Assembly (NCBI GenBank): GCA_963666315.2 | Contig: CAXXHG010000046.1 | Span: 12,131-76,130, forward strand | Direction of reading: 5' to 3' | Origin: Candidatus Binatia bacterium | GTDB taxonomy: Bacteria > Desulfobacterota > Binatia > Bin18 | Length of the DNA: 64,000 nucleotides | Part shown: positions 6,625-16,475 of the stretch, piece after piece | How the letters are laid out: each line of letters begins with the position of its first letter | How positions within the stretch are numbered: position 1 is the first letter of the stretch | Translations under genes and position numbers: made by a program | The notes under the pieces: generated by a model | What the model was told of the DNA's origin: nothing | The model's input: only the letters and a program-made list of their open reading frames with translations | The model's database searches: none

Positions 6625-7447
6625 ATGAGCATCATAAAATCAATCATTAAGCCTATCCGTATAAAGGCGTATAGATACCAAACTTATATTAAATTATCCC
6701 AATTACGCAATATTAAAAAGCCAGCAGCAGTCAAACTTACAAATGCCATTTATAATGCATTAAAGAATAATCTTGACCCTGAAGAAAACAATTGGGTAGA
6801 GAGGATAGAGGAAAAAGAACAGTGTTGAATAATTCTTCAACAAAAAACCCAATAACCATTGTTGGAGCGGGAAAACCGAGTTCTGCCCGTACTGAAGAAG
6901 AAACGTATCAGGGCGTTACTAGAGATACGACAGTAGGTGCAATGTACCGAATAGCGGGTAAGCTGTATTTTCGGTCATTACTCTCATTTAAGCTCGTCGC
7001 AGAATTTAAGCCATTAAAGAGTATAGAACTTGGAACATGCTTAGGTATTTCAGGAGCATACCATGCCTCGGCTCAAATGCTTAATGAAAGCGGGAGCCTG
7101 ACGACACTCGAAGGAGCACAATCTTTAGCCTCTTTAGCCGAAAAAACCTTCCACAACTTGGCTCAGATAACACCCGTGTAGTCAGTGGACGATTTCAAGA
7201 TAATTCAGACAAAGTACTGACTGAAAATAAACCTATAGATTATGTTTTCATTGACGGCCATCACGATGAGCAAGCGACCATCGCCTATTTTGAGAAATTC
7301 ATGCCGTATCTCTCGAAAAACTCAATGTTAGTTTTTGATGATATTTCGTGGTCTGATGGAATGCGGCATGCGTGGTAAGACATTGAAAAACACGAAATCG
7401 TTAAAATTTCTGAACTTGGGAGTATTGGGGATCTGCGTTTTAGATGA
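6625..7447 (+). pseudogene. Class I SAM-dependent methyltransferase gene with two frameshifts and one nonsense codon
   Basis: Three frames join into a coherent methyltransferase: ...WVERIEEK|RTVLNNS...SIELGTCLGISGAYHA...LAEK|NLPQLGSDNTRVVSGRF...IDYVFIDGHHDEQAT...LVFDDISWSDGMRHAW*DIEKHE.... The shifts fall in A-runs at 6812-6816 and 7141-7146. There is an in-frame TAA at 7376-7378. The segment is AT-rich. Confidence 0.75.
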
Positions 7448-7653
7448 AACTCTTGAGGAGAAGTACAGTTTTAGCGTTCCGTTGTTCTAATCTCTGCGCG
7501 AAGTCCTCACACTGGAGATCTCCAAGCGCCCGGCGACTCCCACTTCCTGGAGTCACAAAAAGTGTTGAAGCGGATTGCTGGAGCGCACGCAGCCACATCC
7601 TTATCAAGCTTCCGGCCCGCCCCATTCCCTTGCCACCTCCCAATTTATTATTC

Positions 7654-8985
7654 TCAATCAGTTTTACGTTCATTTTGTGAACGATACTCAAGAAGGAGAA
7701 ACAAAATTAAGGTCACAGTGCCTATAAGAGAAACGTTGAGAAGAATATTGAGAAAGTGGCGCCAACCATCCACTTCGTCTGCCACTGCCCCGCCTAAAAA
7801 ATCGAACACCATGGCGGCCAGATAGCCAATTGCATCAATAATACCCACGAGGACACCGCAGTGTTTGCCACCAAAATCAACCGAGAATACACTCATCGGG
7901 ATGTAATAGCAGGGGGCAATAGCTAAACCAAAAAACATAATGGCCGAAAGCGTCGTCCACAGGCGGAAAGAGTTCGGCATGCCCAATTGTGGGATGGCAA
8001 GCAAAACAGCGACACAACATACAGCCAGCCCCATTAAACCACCGAGAGCGAAAATGCGCTTTTTCTTGGTGAGCGCATCGAAAACAAACCCGCCGGCGAG
8101 TACGGAAATCAAACAACCGATCGGAAAAGCCGACGATGTGATCGCGGCAATCCCCGCAGTCAAGCCAAACGTTTCTTTCAGATAGATGGGAATGAAGCTT
8201 TGAAACTCCATGAGCACCGTTAAGCACATGATGCTGGCACAGATCAGCCACACGCGCGGGCTTCGGATAAAACTGAGCAGGGCTTCAGCCAAGGTAGCGT
8301 CATCGAGAGGATGCGGTCGAGGACCGGGTCTGTGCCGAAGATCTCTGTCGCTTGCCGCAAGCGCCTCTAAGCCCACATCTTTTGGGGACTGCTTGAGGAC
8401 GAAAAAGAGGCATAAAATTACGCCGGCTGTAATCACAACAGAGACCGCGATAACCTCCCGCCAAGAAATCACGAGCAACAGGCTGCCAAGGACCAGCGCC
8501 GTAAACAAGGAACTAAATCTTGAACTAGAAGAGAGGATGCCCCATATGCGTCCGCGCCAGTTCGGCGCGTACCATACCCTAATGAGGTTGGCCATCGAAG
8601 GCCAACCCGCCGACTTTGCGAATAGGGCGATGAAGTAGGCTACCGAGAAGTACAGCGCACCGGACAGCGTGCCGAAAATTCCGGTGGCCAACATACACAA
8701 GCCGAGAGAGAACAAAAAAACTCGACGTCCCCCGATCTTGTCAGCCAAGATGCCATTGATGAGTTTGCCACTGAGAGTGCCGGCTGTACCCCAGCCGATG
8801 ATAGCTCCCCAAGCCGTCTTATTGAGGCCTAGTGCCGGGTCGCTGAGCATGGCGGGACCCGAAATCACGACGGTGGCCTGGCACATATAGAGTGCGGCGT
8901 AGCCCACATACATGCACCCGAGGATGATCATCTCCCACCGAAATCGTGGATCACCACGAAATCGGTTGCCCACGTCAGCAAACAT
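7654..8985 (-). CDS. MFS transporter (organophosphate/anion antiporter-like)
   Basis: 443 aa with about 12 hydrophobic spans. Carries the MFS loop motif GILADKIGGRRVF between TM2 and TM3. Confidence 0.85.
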   Translation of the reverse strand: MFADVGNRFRGDPRFRWEMIILGCMYVGYAALYMCQATVVISGPAMLSDPALGLNKTAWGAIIGWGTAGTLSGKLINGILADKIGGRRVFLFSLGLCMLATGIFGTLSGALYFSVAYFIALFAKSAGWPSMANLIRVWYAPNWRGRIWGILSSSSRFSSLFTALVLGSLLLVISWREVIAVSVVITAGVILCLFFVLKQSPKDVGLEALAASDRDLRHRPGPRPHPLDDATLAEALLSFIRSPRVWLICASIMCLTVLMEFQSFIPIYLKETFGLTAGIAAITSSAFPIGCLISVLAGGFVFDALTKKKRIFALGGLMGLAVCCVAVLLAIPQLGMPNSFRLWTTLSAIMFFGLAIAPCYYIPMSVFSVDFGGKHCGVLVGIIDAIGYLAAMVFDFLGGAVADEVDGWRHFLNILLNVSLIGTVTLILFLLLEYRSQNERKTD

Positions 8986-9074
8986 GCACCCTCACCCAGC
9001 CAATTGCTTGAACCGCGGAGCATGTCCCAGTCGTCGTTAGTGGGATATAAGGGATGCTACGCTTAAAAGCCAGA

Positions 9075-9141
9075 GGGCAAAGGGAACCGTGACACCTCAG
9101 AATCAAAAGCGTCTTCAATTGTCACCCTGCCCTTGACTATG
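9075..9141 (-). promoter_or_regulatory. Conserved upstream box (copy upstream of the MFS gene)
   Basis: Aligns with 10547-10611. Shared blocks are GGGCAAA.GGG, CACCTCAGAATCA, TTGTCACC and GACTA. It lies 90-155 nt upstream of the MFS start. Confidence 0.5.
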
Positions 9142-9203
9142 ACGGAACGAGTTCCGTCCCGACGCGTGACTGGAGCATCTGCAGCACTCCCGTCACACTC
9201 CCA

Positions 9204-10478
9204 TCATTTGCCCGCCTGCTGACGGGACGCTTTCGGCTTCAATCGCACCGGCAATCGTTTCAGCCCGCCGACGAAGTTTGCGTGCACGCGCTCGACCGGA
9301 CCGATAATCTCGATGCCGTCGTACCGATCCAACACCTCTTGCAGGGCGAAGGAGATCTCCATTTTTGCGAGCGGACCGCCGACACAAAAATGTGGCCCGC
9401 CGCTAAAACCCAGGTGCAGGTTCGGCTGGCGCGTCACGTCAAACTTGTGCGGATGATCGAAGGCCTCCTCATCGCGATTCGCCGACGCTAACCAGGCGAT
9501 GATGCGCTCCCCCTCTTTGATGGGCTTACCGCCGATCTCCGTATCAGCCGTGGCCACGCGCATGACCGAAATAACCGGGCTCGTCCAACGCACCATTTCC
9601 TCGGCCGCCAGGCGGATCAGCTTGGGATTCTCACGCAGTTTAGTCATCTGGTCCGTATTCTGCAGCAGCGCCAATACACCCCCGGCGAACGCGTTTCGGG
9701 TGGTTTCGAATCCTGCGATCAGCAGCACCAGACCGTTATACGCGACTTCGGAATCCGTCAACCTTTTTCCATCAATCTCCGCATTGGCCAACCGTGTGAG
9801 CGGATCGCTGAACGGGCAGCCACGCCGTTCGAGAGCCAGCTTGCTACAATAAGCGCGCATGCTGCGAAAGCCACTCAACGTCGTTTCGAGCATCGAGCTG
9901 CCCGCCTCTACGTATTCTGGATCACCGCTGCCGAGGGTCATCTTGCCCCATTTGAAAATGGTGTCCCAATCTTCCTCTGGTATCTTGAGGATATCGCAGA
10001 TGACCGCCATGGGAATCTTCGCGCCGATATCGCTGACAACATCGCATTCGCCGTTTTCGGGCAAGTGATCGAAGATGTCCCTGATGAGGCGCCCGCATCG
10101 TTCGGAGAATTCCTCTAGCGCCTTCGGTTTGAACGGGGGATCGACGAATTTGCGCATCTCGGTATGGCGCGGGGGATCGGTAACCAGGATGCTTTGACCG
10201 ATCCCGAACGCCTCGGCCGCAACGATTTCGACATCACGATTGAAGATCGGCATATCCCCTTCCCGCTCGGAACTGAAGAGGGCCGTGTCGTTGAGAATCT
10301 TCTTGACATCCGCATGTTTGAATACTGACCAGAGGCCTAGCCCATCCGGACCCACCGTCCAGTGTACGGGATCGTCGCTACGCAGTTGCGCGAACAAACC
10401 GTAAAACCGATCTTCGTCTGCAAAAAACGCGGGATCGGTGAGTTTTTGATCGACCGTTTGGGCGGTGTTCTCCGTCAT
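9204..10478 (-). CDS. Cytochrome P450
   Basis: Heme-thiolate loop FSGGPHFCVGGPLA, I-helix AGFETT and the ExxR region are present; 424 aa. Confidence 0.92.
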   Translation of the reverse strand: MTENTAQTVDQKLTDPAFFADEDRFYGLFAQLRSDDPVHWTVGPDGLGLWSVFKHADVKKILNDTALFSSEREGDMPIFNRDVEIVAAEAFGIGQSILVTDPPRHTEMRKFVDPPFKPKALEEFSERCGRLIRDIFDHLPENGECDVVSDIGAKIPMAVICDILKIPEEDWDTIFKWGKMTLGSGDPEYVEAGSSMLETTLSGFRSMRAYCSKLALERRGCPFSDPLTRLANAEIDGKRLTDSEVAYNGLVLLIAGFETTRNAFAGGVLALLQNTDQMTKLRENPKLIRLAAEEMVRWTSPVISVMRVATADTEIGGKPIKEGERIIAWLASANRDEEAFDHPHKFDVTRQPNLHLGFSGGPHFCVGGPLAKMEISFALQEVLDRYDGIEIIGPVERVHANFVGGLKRLPVRLKPKASRQQAGK

Positions 10479-10546
10479 AGTTCGCCTCCTCCCGGCGGAT
10501 AATTTCGCGGGTCGTTTCTATGCTAACGCACATCCCTCCCGGTATG

Positions 10547-10611
10547 GGGCAAAAGGGTCGGTATCACCTCAGAATCATACACGTTTTCATTTGTCACCGC
10601 CCCCGACTACT
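10547..10611 (-). promoter_or_regulatory. Conserved upstream box (copy upstream of the P450 gene)
   Basis: Partner of 9075-9141. It lies 70-135 nt upstream of the P450 start codon. Confidence 0.5.
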
Positions 10612-10614
10612 CTT

Positions 10615-10806
10615 GAAATATGGCCCAGGTGTTCGGTTGCAGGAGGTTAGCCTGCAAGAAGCTGCAGCTAAACACTTTTGATACGAGACTTGAAGATTTG
10701 AGACGAAAGATGCTTACAGTTCGGCATGTTTGGTGACCTGAAGAGTGCTTTCGCGTTCAGAGTTCGCGGACAGGAAGTCGCCGTATTTACCCATTTCATG
10801 AGGCAG
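10615..10806 (+). repeat. Unclassified ~190-nt intergenic element, copy 3 of 3
   Basis: Contains AAGCTGCAG (10659-10667), TTGAAG-19 nt-TACAGT (10690-10720), GCGTTCAGAGT and CCCATTTCATG. Confidence 0.8.
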
Positions 10807-11259
10807 TCTACTGCAGATTGTTTCTACTATAGCCGGTTTAGTTATTTAATAGCAGTACTATACCGCTTTATACGCCCTGCGCCGGATGCCAAGACGGGGT
10901 TCGCAAGTTTGCTTACCCTCATTGCCTTTATGCTCGTGGCAGGCCCACTGTGGTCATCGATGACTGTCAAGTCAGAATTCTTTGGGCTCACGTTAACAAA
11001 AGAAGCTGAGTCTCAGATGAAAGGCTACGTCAAGATTCTGAATAGCTATGGCCGTTTGGCAGAAGCTCCAGACGTCGGTCTGCAGGAAGCCGCCCAACAA
11101 CTCGAAGCAAGTCGTCAGCGGGTTCAAGAGGGCATTGAGAGTCAAGATACGACTATCGTTTTGGAAGGGATGCGTAGCGGCACCCAGATTGTAGAGAGGA
11201 TTGCTTCGAGTCTCTGGAAAAAGAAACCCGAGGAACGCAAGCAGACTCGGATTCAGTGA
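10726..11259 (+). CDS. Hypothetical protein (start uncertain; N-terminal part overlaps element copy 3)
   Basis: 177-aa ORF with one hydrophobic span (LLTLIAFMLVAGPLW) and a coiled/charged C-terminus. No recognisable family. Confidence 0.25.
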   Translation: MFGDLKSAFAFRVRGQEVAVFTHFMRQSTADCFYYSRFSYLIAVLYRFIRPAPDAKTGFASLLTLIAFMLVAGPLWSSMTVKSEFFGLTLTKEAESQMKGYVKILNSYGRLAEAPDVGLQEAAQQLEASRQRVQEGIESQDTTIVLEGMRSGTQIVERIASSLWKKKPEERKQTRIQ

Positions 11260-11498
11260 GCAGAGGCAGAACCTCACACATTGGCATGGTCTCATCCTCG
11301 GTTGCACCGGCATGCTCACTCCATGACTCCCATGACTCCGTTGACACCTTTCGAGACTCCTGTTGCATTCAGGTGCTGTTGAAATGGAGCAGTAGGTTCG
11401 GAAAAATGAGAGGAGGTTCACAATGGGACTATTCGTCTTGCCCCTTCCCTTCCCCAGCCCACACAGCGTATATCCAGTTTTGAGGGTTCCGGAGAGAG

Positions 11499-12335
11499 TT
11501 GATGAAAATTGGCATTTCGCTTCCGGTGAGAGAGCTGCAAAACGACTTAGGCGCTATTAAGGCATTTGCTCAGATGGCGGACGAACTGGGCCTCACCCAT
11601 CTGAGAGTCCCGGATCAGGTCTTGCGGCCCGAGAGCGGTCACGTTCACGAGCCGCTGACGCTGCTGGCCTACGTCGCTGCTGTCACACAAAACATACAGC
11701 TGGTGCCGTCCGTCATCGTCTTGCCCTCGCGGCAAACCGTGCTTGTCGCCAAACAGGCCGCTGAGCTGGATGTCTTGTCGGGAGGACGCCTGCGTTTGGG
11801 GATAGGGATAGGCGCCAATGCGGATGAGTACCGGGCGCTGGGTGAGGACTTCCACACCCGGGGCGCCCGCTGCGAAGAACAGATGGTACTGCTCAAGCAG
11901 CTCTGGACACAGCCGACGGTAGAATTTGACGGCCGCTGGGACAAGGTGTCAGGCGCCGGCTTGAATCCGCTCCCCGTCCAAAGGCCGATCCCGCTATGGA
12001 TAGGCGCGCGGAGCAATCCGGTTGCGCGCATTCGTGGCCGGATTGGACGACTGGCCGACGGCTGGTTCGTGTTGTGCACGCCGGAAGAGTTTCCTGCCGT
12101 GCAGGCTGACATTCATCACGCGGCACAGGCGGCCGGGCGCAAGCCGCACGACATCGGCACCGAAGCCGGCGTCGCGGTCGTGGGTCCCAGGCAAGCGGAA
12201 TGGCGCGAGCGGGTTTCCGGCTGGCGGCGGGTGGGATTGAGCCATCTGTGTTTGCGCACGCTCGGAGGCGGCCTGGACGCCCAGGGGCATCTGGACACGA
12301 TGCGTAAAGCTTATTCAGAGTTGCCCACGGGCTGA
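11499..12335 (+). CDS. LLM-class (luciferase-like) F420/flavin-dependent oxidoreductase
   Basis: MKIGISLPV...LGLTHLRVPDQVL...LRLGIGIGANADEY is typical of the short LLM/TIGR03619-like group. ATG at 11502 is the likely start. Confidence 0.8.
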   Translation: MMKIGISLPVRELQNDLGAIKAFAQMADELGLTHLRVPDQVLRPESGHVHEPLTLLAYVAAVTQNIQLVPSVIVLPSRQTVLVAKQAAELDVLSGGRLRLGIGIGANADEYRALGEDFHTRGARCEEQMVLLKQLWTQPTVEFDGRWDKVSGAGLNPLPVQRPIPLWIGARSNPVARIRGRIGRLADGWFVLCTPEEFPAVQADIHHAAQAAGRKPHDIGTEAGVAVVGPRQAEWRERVSGWRRVGLSHLCLRTLGGGLDAQGHLDTMRKAYSELPTG

Positions 12336-12392
12336 TGGGTTCTTTCAGATGTCTTCAGATATTTTGGGCGCAGTAGGGCGAACGACACCTGC

Positions 12393-14234
12393 TTATTCGG
12401 GCAGGCCGAATGCAATCACCGCATCGCCTAGAGGAAAATTAAACAGCTTGTGGCCACCCGACGCCACAACCACGAATTGCTTCCCGTCCACCGCATAGGT
12501 TACAGGTGGGGCATTGACCCCGGCCCCGGTATTGAAATGCCACAGCTTTGCACCGTCCTGTGCACTGCGAGCCACAAAGCTGCCGTTGGATTCGCCGTAA
12601 AAGAGTAAACCACCCGCAGTGGCCACCGAGCCGCTCATCAGCGGCAAATCCGTTTTGACCTGCCATTTTATTTTTCCATCACCAGGATCGATCGCACTCA
12701 GCGTCCCCCACCGCTCCACATCTTTCTCAAACGAAAGCACCACGCCGGCCGGCTCGCCAGCCTCACCCGGCTTGAGATGGTAACGGGTAGGGTTGTGCGT
12801 TGCCGATACGTACAGCCAGCCGGTGTGGGGACTGTACGACGTGGGGGGCCAATTGGCTCCGCCGGCCGCGCCAGGCGCAATCAGGACACCCGCGGGAGTA
12901 GGTCGATGGAACATCAAGTCGTTCTGCGGCACGAACGCTACAGAGCGCCGCAAGGCCTTTCCGGTCGCACGGTCGAACAGATACAGCCAGCCCGATTTGG
13001 AGGCTTCGGCCACGGCGCGTATCGTTGTTCCGTTGGACGGGAAGTCGAATAATACAGGTGGGTTGGCAACATCATAGCCCCAAATGTCGTGCGGCACGAT
13101 CTGGTGATACCACTGCAGCTTGCCTGTGCGCACGTCCAGGGCAATAAGCGACGAGGTATACAGGTTATCGCCGGGGCGTTTGTAGTCGGCATAGCCGGGC
13201 GAGGCATTGCCGGTCCCGAAATAAATCAGGCCCAACTCCGGATCGATGGTGGGTGAGGAGTAGATCGAGCCGCCGCCCGCCTTCCACGCGTCACGGTAGG
13301 TGTCCGCATTGGCGCGCTCGGCAGTAAGATCGCGCCCAAGGGCATCACCGAACGAGGTGCGCCCAGCGAATTCTCCTTCCCAACCTTCTGCAGCGGTTGA
13401 ATACCAGCGCCAGATCAACTGGCCGTTTGCAGCATCATAGGCCGATAGGAAGGCGCGCAGGCCGCGCCGAGGACCGGCACGACCGAGCACAGACGGGTCG
13501 TCCGTTTCCGCCTCACTTAATACCTGGCTATAGCCGGTACCGCTCACCCCAACGAACACCTTGCCAGCATAGACAACGGGCGCCATATTGCCGGCAAAGC
13601 GCGTGAGCGCCTTTAGTTTGGTAACGCCTTCCGGCTTTGACGCGTCTGTGGCTTTGAGCTCCTTCAACTCCAATAGATCAGCAAGATTTCCAGTAGTAGG
13701 ATCGACAACGGGCATATCCCACACTACGACTCCTGTCGCCGCATCAAGGGCCACGAGGTGCGCGTCGGCGGTGATCATATACAGCCGTCCATAGCCGATG
13801 GCCAAACCCCGATTGTGAGAGCCGCAGCACAGCGTATCGACCGCCATCTCATGAGTGTAGCGCCAACGCAGGGTTCCGGTTGCCGCATCCAGCGCAACCA
13901 CATGGTTGTACGGCGTGGTCAGATACATAACTCCGTCAGCGACAATCGGGCTGGTGGGGAAGGTGCCCAGCAAACCAGTCTGGAATATCCACTTCGGTAC
14001 CAGCCGCCGGACGTTGTTGGTATTGATTTGATCCAGGCCACTATAGCGCTGGTTGGCATACCCGTGCCCGTAGGTGAGCCAATTGTCGTGGTCTTCGTGT
14101 GCTTTAAGCAAACGTTCGTCTTCGACTGCCATGACAGGGCTGAGTCCAATAAAGATTATGGTGGCGACAAGGGGCACGATTCTCGTGAGATGAACAAGTA
14201 CGCTAGAAATTTTCAGATTGTCCTGGTTAGGCAT
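12393..14234 (-). CDS. PQQ-dependent alcohol/methanol-family dehydrogenase (quinoprotein)
   Basis: Signal/TM N-terminus from M at 14234. WLTYGHGYANQRYSGLDQIN, the vicinal-Cys ring motif DTLCCGSHNRG and repeated W-docking propeller motifs are present. The ORF-track start at 14309 is probably too far upstream. Confidence 0.9.
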   Translation of the reverse strand: MPNQDNLKISSVLVHLTRIVPLVATIIFIGLSPVMAVEDERLLKAHEDHDNWLTYGHGYANQRYSGLDQINTNNVRRLVPKWIFQTGLLGTFPTSPIVADGVMYLTTPYNHVVALDAATGTLRWRYTHEMAVDTLCCGSHNRGLAIGYGRLYMITADAHLVALDAATGVVVWDMPVVDPTTGNLADLLELKELKATDASKPEGVTKLKALTRFAGNMAPVVYAGKVFVGVSGTGYSQVLSEAETDDPSVLGRAGPRRGLRAFLSAYDAANGQLIWRWYSTAAEGWEGEFAGRTSFGDALGRDLTAERANADTYRDAWKAGGGSIYSSPTIDPELGLIYFGTGNASPGYADYKRPGDNLYTSSLIALDVRTGKLQWYHQIVPHDIWGYDVANPPVLFDFPSNGTTIRAVAEASKSGWLYLFDRATGKALRRSVAFVPQNDLMFHRPTPAGVLIAPGAAGGANWPPTSYSPHTGWLYVSATHNPTRYHLKPGEAGEPAGVVLSFEKDVERWGTLSAIDPGDGKIKWQVKTDLPLMSGSVATAGGLLFYGESNGSFVARSAQDGAKLWHFNTGAGVNAPPVTYAVDGKQFVVVASGGHKLFNFPLGDAVIAFGLPE

Positions 14235-14392
14235 AGAAAACCTTAATGCAATAATATGAGAAAAGTTTCTTTTACGTACAGTAAAATCTGCAGCGAAACT
14301 ATGTACCATGGGTGTAGTTCTTCACTCCTGGTCGGTGGCCTTTTCTCGATTGGTATGATTTGTTTGATCCGACACTATAAAGGGGAACGACA

Positions 14393-14830
14393 ATGCAAAC
14401 GGGTCGATGTTATTGTGGAACGGTGAAATATCAAATTGAGGGCGATATTGGCTACTTCGTGCATTGCCATTGTCGCAATTGCCGCCGGGTTTCGGGCGCG
14501 GCGTTTTATACCGCAGGATTCCTGCCAGAAGCGAACTTTTCGATTACCGCTGGCCAAGATGAGGTACGTGAATATCACTCTCCCGAAATGGGCGGGTTAG
14601 CTCGGTGTTTTTGCGGCAAATGTGAAGGACGGGTGTTCATTCGTCTGCCCTTCGCAGGTCTCATCAACATCGCTATGACCATGCTTGACGAGGAGCCCAC
14701 CGAAGATACAGGCGTCCATATCAACGTCGATTCCAAAGCTCCGTGGGATACCGTACCTCAGACGTTGCCTCAACATGCAGAGTTTCCACAAGGTTTTTTT
14801 GAAAAACTTCAGGCCCTCGTCCATGAGTAA
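14393..14830 (+). CDS. GFA (glutathione-dependent formaldehyde-activating / CENP-V) family protein
   Basis: Zinc-Cys pattern CYCGTVKY...HCHCRNCRRVSGAAF...CFCGKCEG. Confidence 0.85.
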   Translation: MQTGRCYCGTVKYQIEGDIGYFVHCHCRNCRRVSGAAFYTAGFLPEANFSITAGQDEVREYHSPEMGGLARCFCGKCEGRVFIRLPFAGLINIAMTMLDEEPTEDTGVHINVDSKAPWDTVPQTLPQHAEFPQGFFEKLQALVHE

Positions 14831-14860
14831 GCATGGGGATAAGCATTATAGGGGCAGAAC

Positions 14861-15658
14861 GTGCTGCAGCAAGCTATAGATTTTCGAGAAGAGAGTGATG
14901 CCATCTTCGCCCTACTTGATGGATTGGACGATCAGGTCTGGGCAACAAAAACTCAGTTCAAAGAGTGGACCATCAACGATATCATCGCCCATCTTCACAT
15001 GGGGAATTATGCGGCAGACCTGTCGTTGCAAGATGCCAATGCCTTCCTTGACCTGGTGCAAGAGTTCGCCTCAGGCCGCAAGCAACACGGGCATCTCGCC
15101 CACACTCATGTCTGGCTTGATGGTTTGCGAAACCGTGCGTTGTTGAATCACTGGCGTTCGTACTATCTAGAGATGACCGGCCGCTTTGCAGCCGCGGATC
15201 CGAAACAACGCGTGCAATGGTTTGGTCCGGATATGAGCGTGCGCTCCTGCATCACTGCGCGGCTGATGGAAACCTGGGCGCATAGTCAGGCCATCTACGA
15301 TGTGCTGGGCCAAGAGCGAACCGATACAGATCGAATTAAGAATGTTGTCGTCATAGGCCTGAATACTTTCGGCTGGACCTTTAAGAACCGCAAATTAGCT
15401 GTGCCAACGGGCATCCCGTATCTCCGGCTCAGCGCACCGTCGGGAGAGATTTGGGAGTGGAATCCACCCAGCGAAGAAAACTGCATCGAAGGTAGCTCGG
15501 TCGAGTTCTGCCAGGTCGTGACCCAAGTGCGCAATATTGCCGACACTACACTGCGAGTAGTTGGAGAAACCGCTACCGCTTGGATGTCGATTGCGCAGTG
15601 TTTTGCCGGACCGCCGCAAGATCCGCCGGAACCGGGAACCCGATTCAGGCAAGTCTAA
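14861..15658 (+). CDS. DinB-superfamily / maleylpyruvate-isomerase-N-domain protein (TIGR03084-like)
   Basis: GTG start. WTINDIIAHLHMGNYAADL and ARLMETWAHSQAIYD are the metal-binding His motifs of this family. Confidence 0.7.
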   Translation: MLQQAIDFREESDAIFALLDGLDDQVWATKTQFKEWTINDIIAHLHMGNYAADLSLQDANAFLDLVQEFASGRKQHGHLAHTHVWLDGLRNRALLNHWRSYYLEMTGRFAAADPKQRVQWFGPDMSVRSCITARLMETWAHSQAIYDVLGQERTDTDRIKNVVVIGLNTFGWTFKNRKLAVPTGIPYLRLSAPSGEIWEWNPPSEENCIEGSSVEFCQVVTQVRNIADTTLRVVGETATAWMSIAQCFAGPPQDPPEPGTRFRQV

Positions 15659-15674
15659 TACAGTCTCCAACGGT

Positions 15675-16330
15675 TCAGAACTTCTCCTTGAACGGACGGA
15701 CTTCGAGTTCCGTCGTCCAGGCACTGCGATCTTGATGGGCCAGATGCCATTATGTCTCGGCGATGGCTTCAAGCTTGAGCATGTCTTCCGCCATGAACTG
15801 CGGCATGTCTCGTCCAGGGACGTCGATAACCCCATCGACGTTGACCCAGGCCACGTGGATGCCCTGGGGACCAAGGTCGCGGGCTAGCGATTGCACCAAC
15901 CTACGCAGCGCGAATTTGGCAGGGCCGAACGCACGGACCGAGCCCCCGCCTTCACGCCCGCCGTGGCACTGAGAAACGCGCCGTACGCGTTGACCCGCCA
16001 CATGTTCTCGAACTGCTCAGGCGAGACCTCGCTGATCGTGCCGAACCTGCCGCTGCCGGCGTTGTAGGGCAGGATCTCAGGCGGGCCGAGCTGCTTGCGA
16101 ATCAATGTGAACATGGCCTCGACCTGCGCCCGGTCTCCAAGATCGGCGGGTGCCTCAAACACCTGACGGCCCTTGGCTCGGATTTCCCCGGCCAGCGATT
16201 GGAGATAGTCCGCGCGCCGCGCGTTGATTGCCACCGTCTAGTCTTGAGCGAAGCGGTGTGCCAAAGCTGCACCCAATCCGGGTCCAACTCCCAACACCGC
16301 CACAACTGGGGTCGATTTTGACTCTGCCAT
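15675..16330 (-). pseudogene. Short-chain dehydrogenase/reductase gene, multiply disrupted
   Basis: Reads MAESKSTPVVAVLGVGPGLGAALAHRFAQD, then TAG (16238-16240), then TVAINARR...NAGSGRFG...NAYGAFLSATA. A frame change and a missing ~20-aa segment lie near 15955-15975. It resumes FGPAKFALRRLVQSLARDLGPQGIHVAWVNVDGVID...EAIAET, then TAA (15750-15752), then WHLAHQDRSAWTTELEVRPFKEKF. Confidence 0.8.
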
Positions 16331-16475
16331 GATGATCTCCTTTGCACTCCTTCTATAAAGTGTTTTTGGGAGCGGCAGCTAGGGAACGCCAAGAATTGGA
16401 AGTGTAATTTTGAAGCGTAATTAAAATCCCATAGCCAAAGATGTTGACAGCAGTAGTCGGACAGACCCACTCTTT

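Noticed and set aside
9075-9141. A sigma54 -24/-12 promoter within the shared P450/MFS upstream box (TGTCACGG...CTTTGC on the minus strand).
   Set aside because: GG of the -24 element is not present, and the spacing to TTGC is too long in both copies.
12393-14234. Whether the PQQ dehydrogenase is a lanthanide-dependent XoxF/PedH type.
   Set aside because: The region after the catalytic Asp reads HDIWGYDVA, without the extra Asp two residues on that marks Ln-dependent enzymes as I recall. No accessory genes (pqq, cytochrome c, mxaJ-like) are present to say more, so nothing unusual is supportable.
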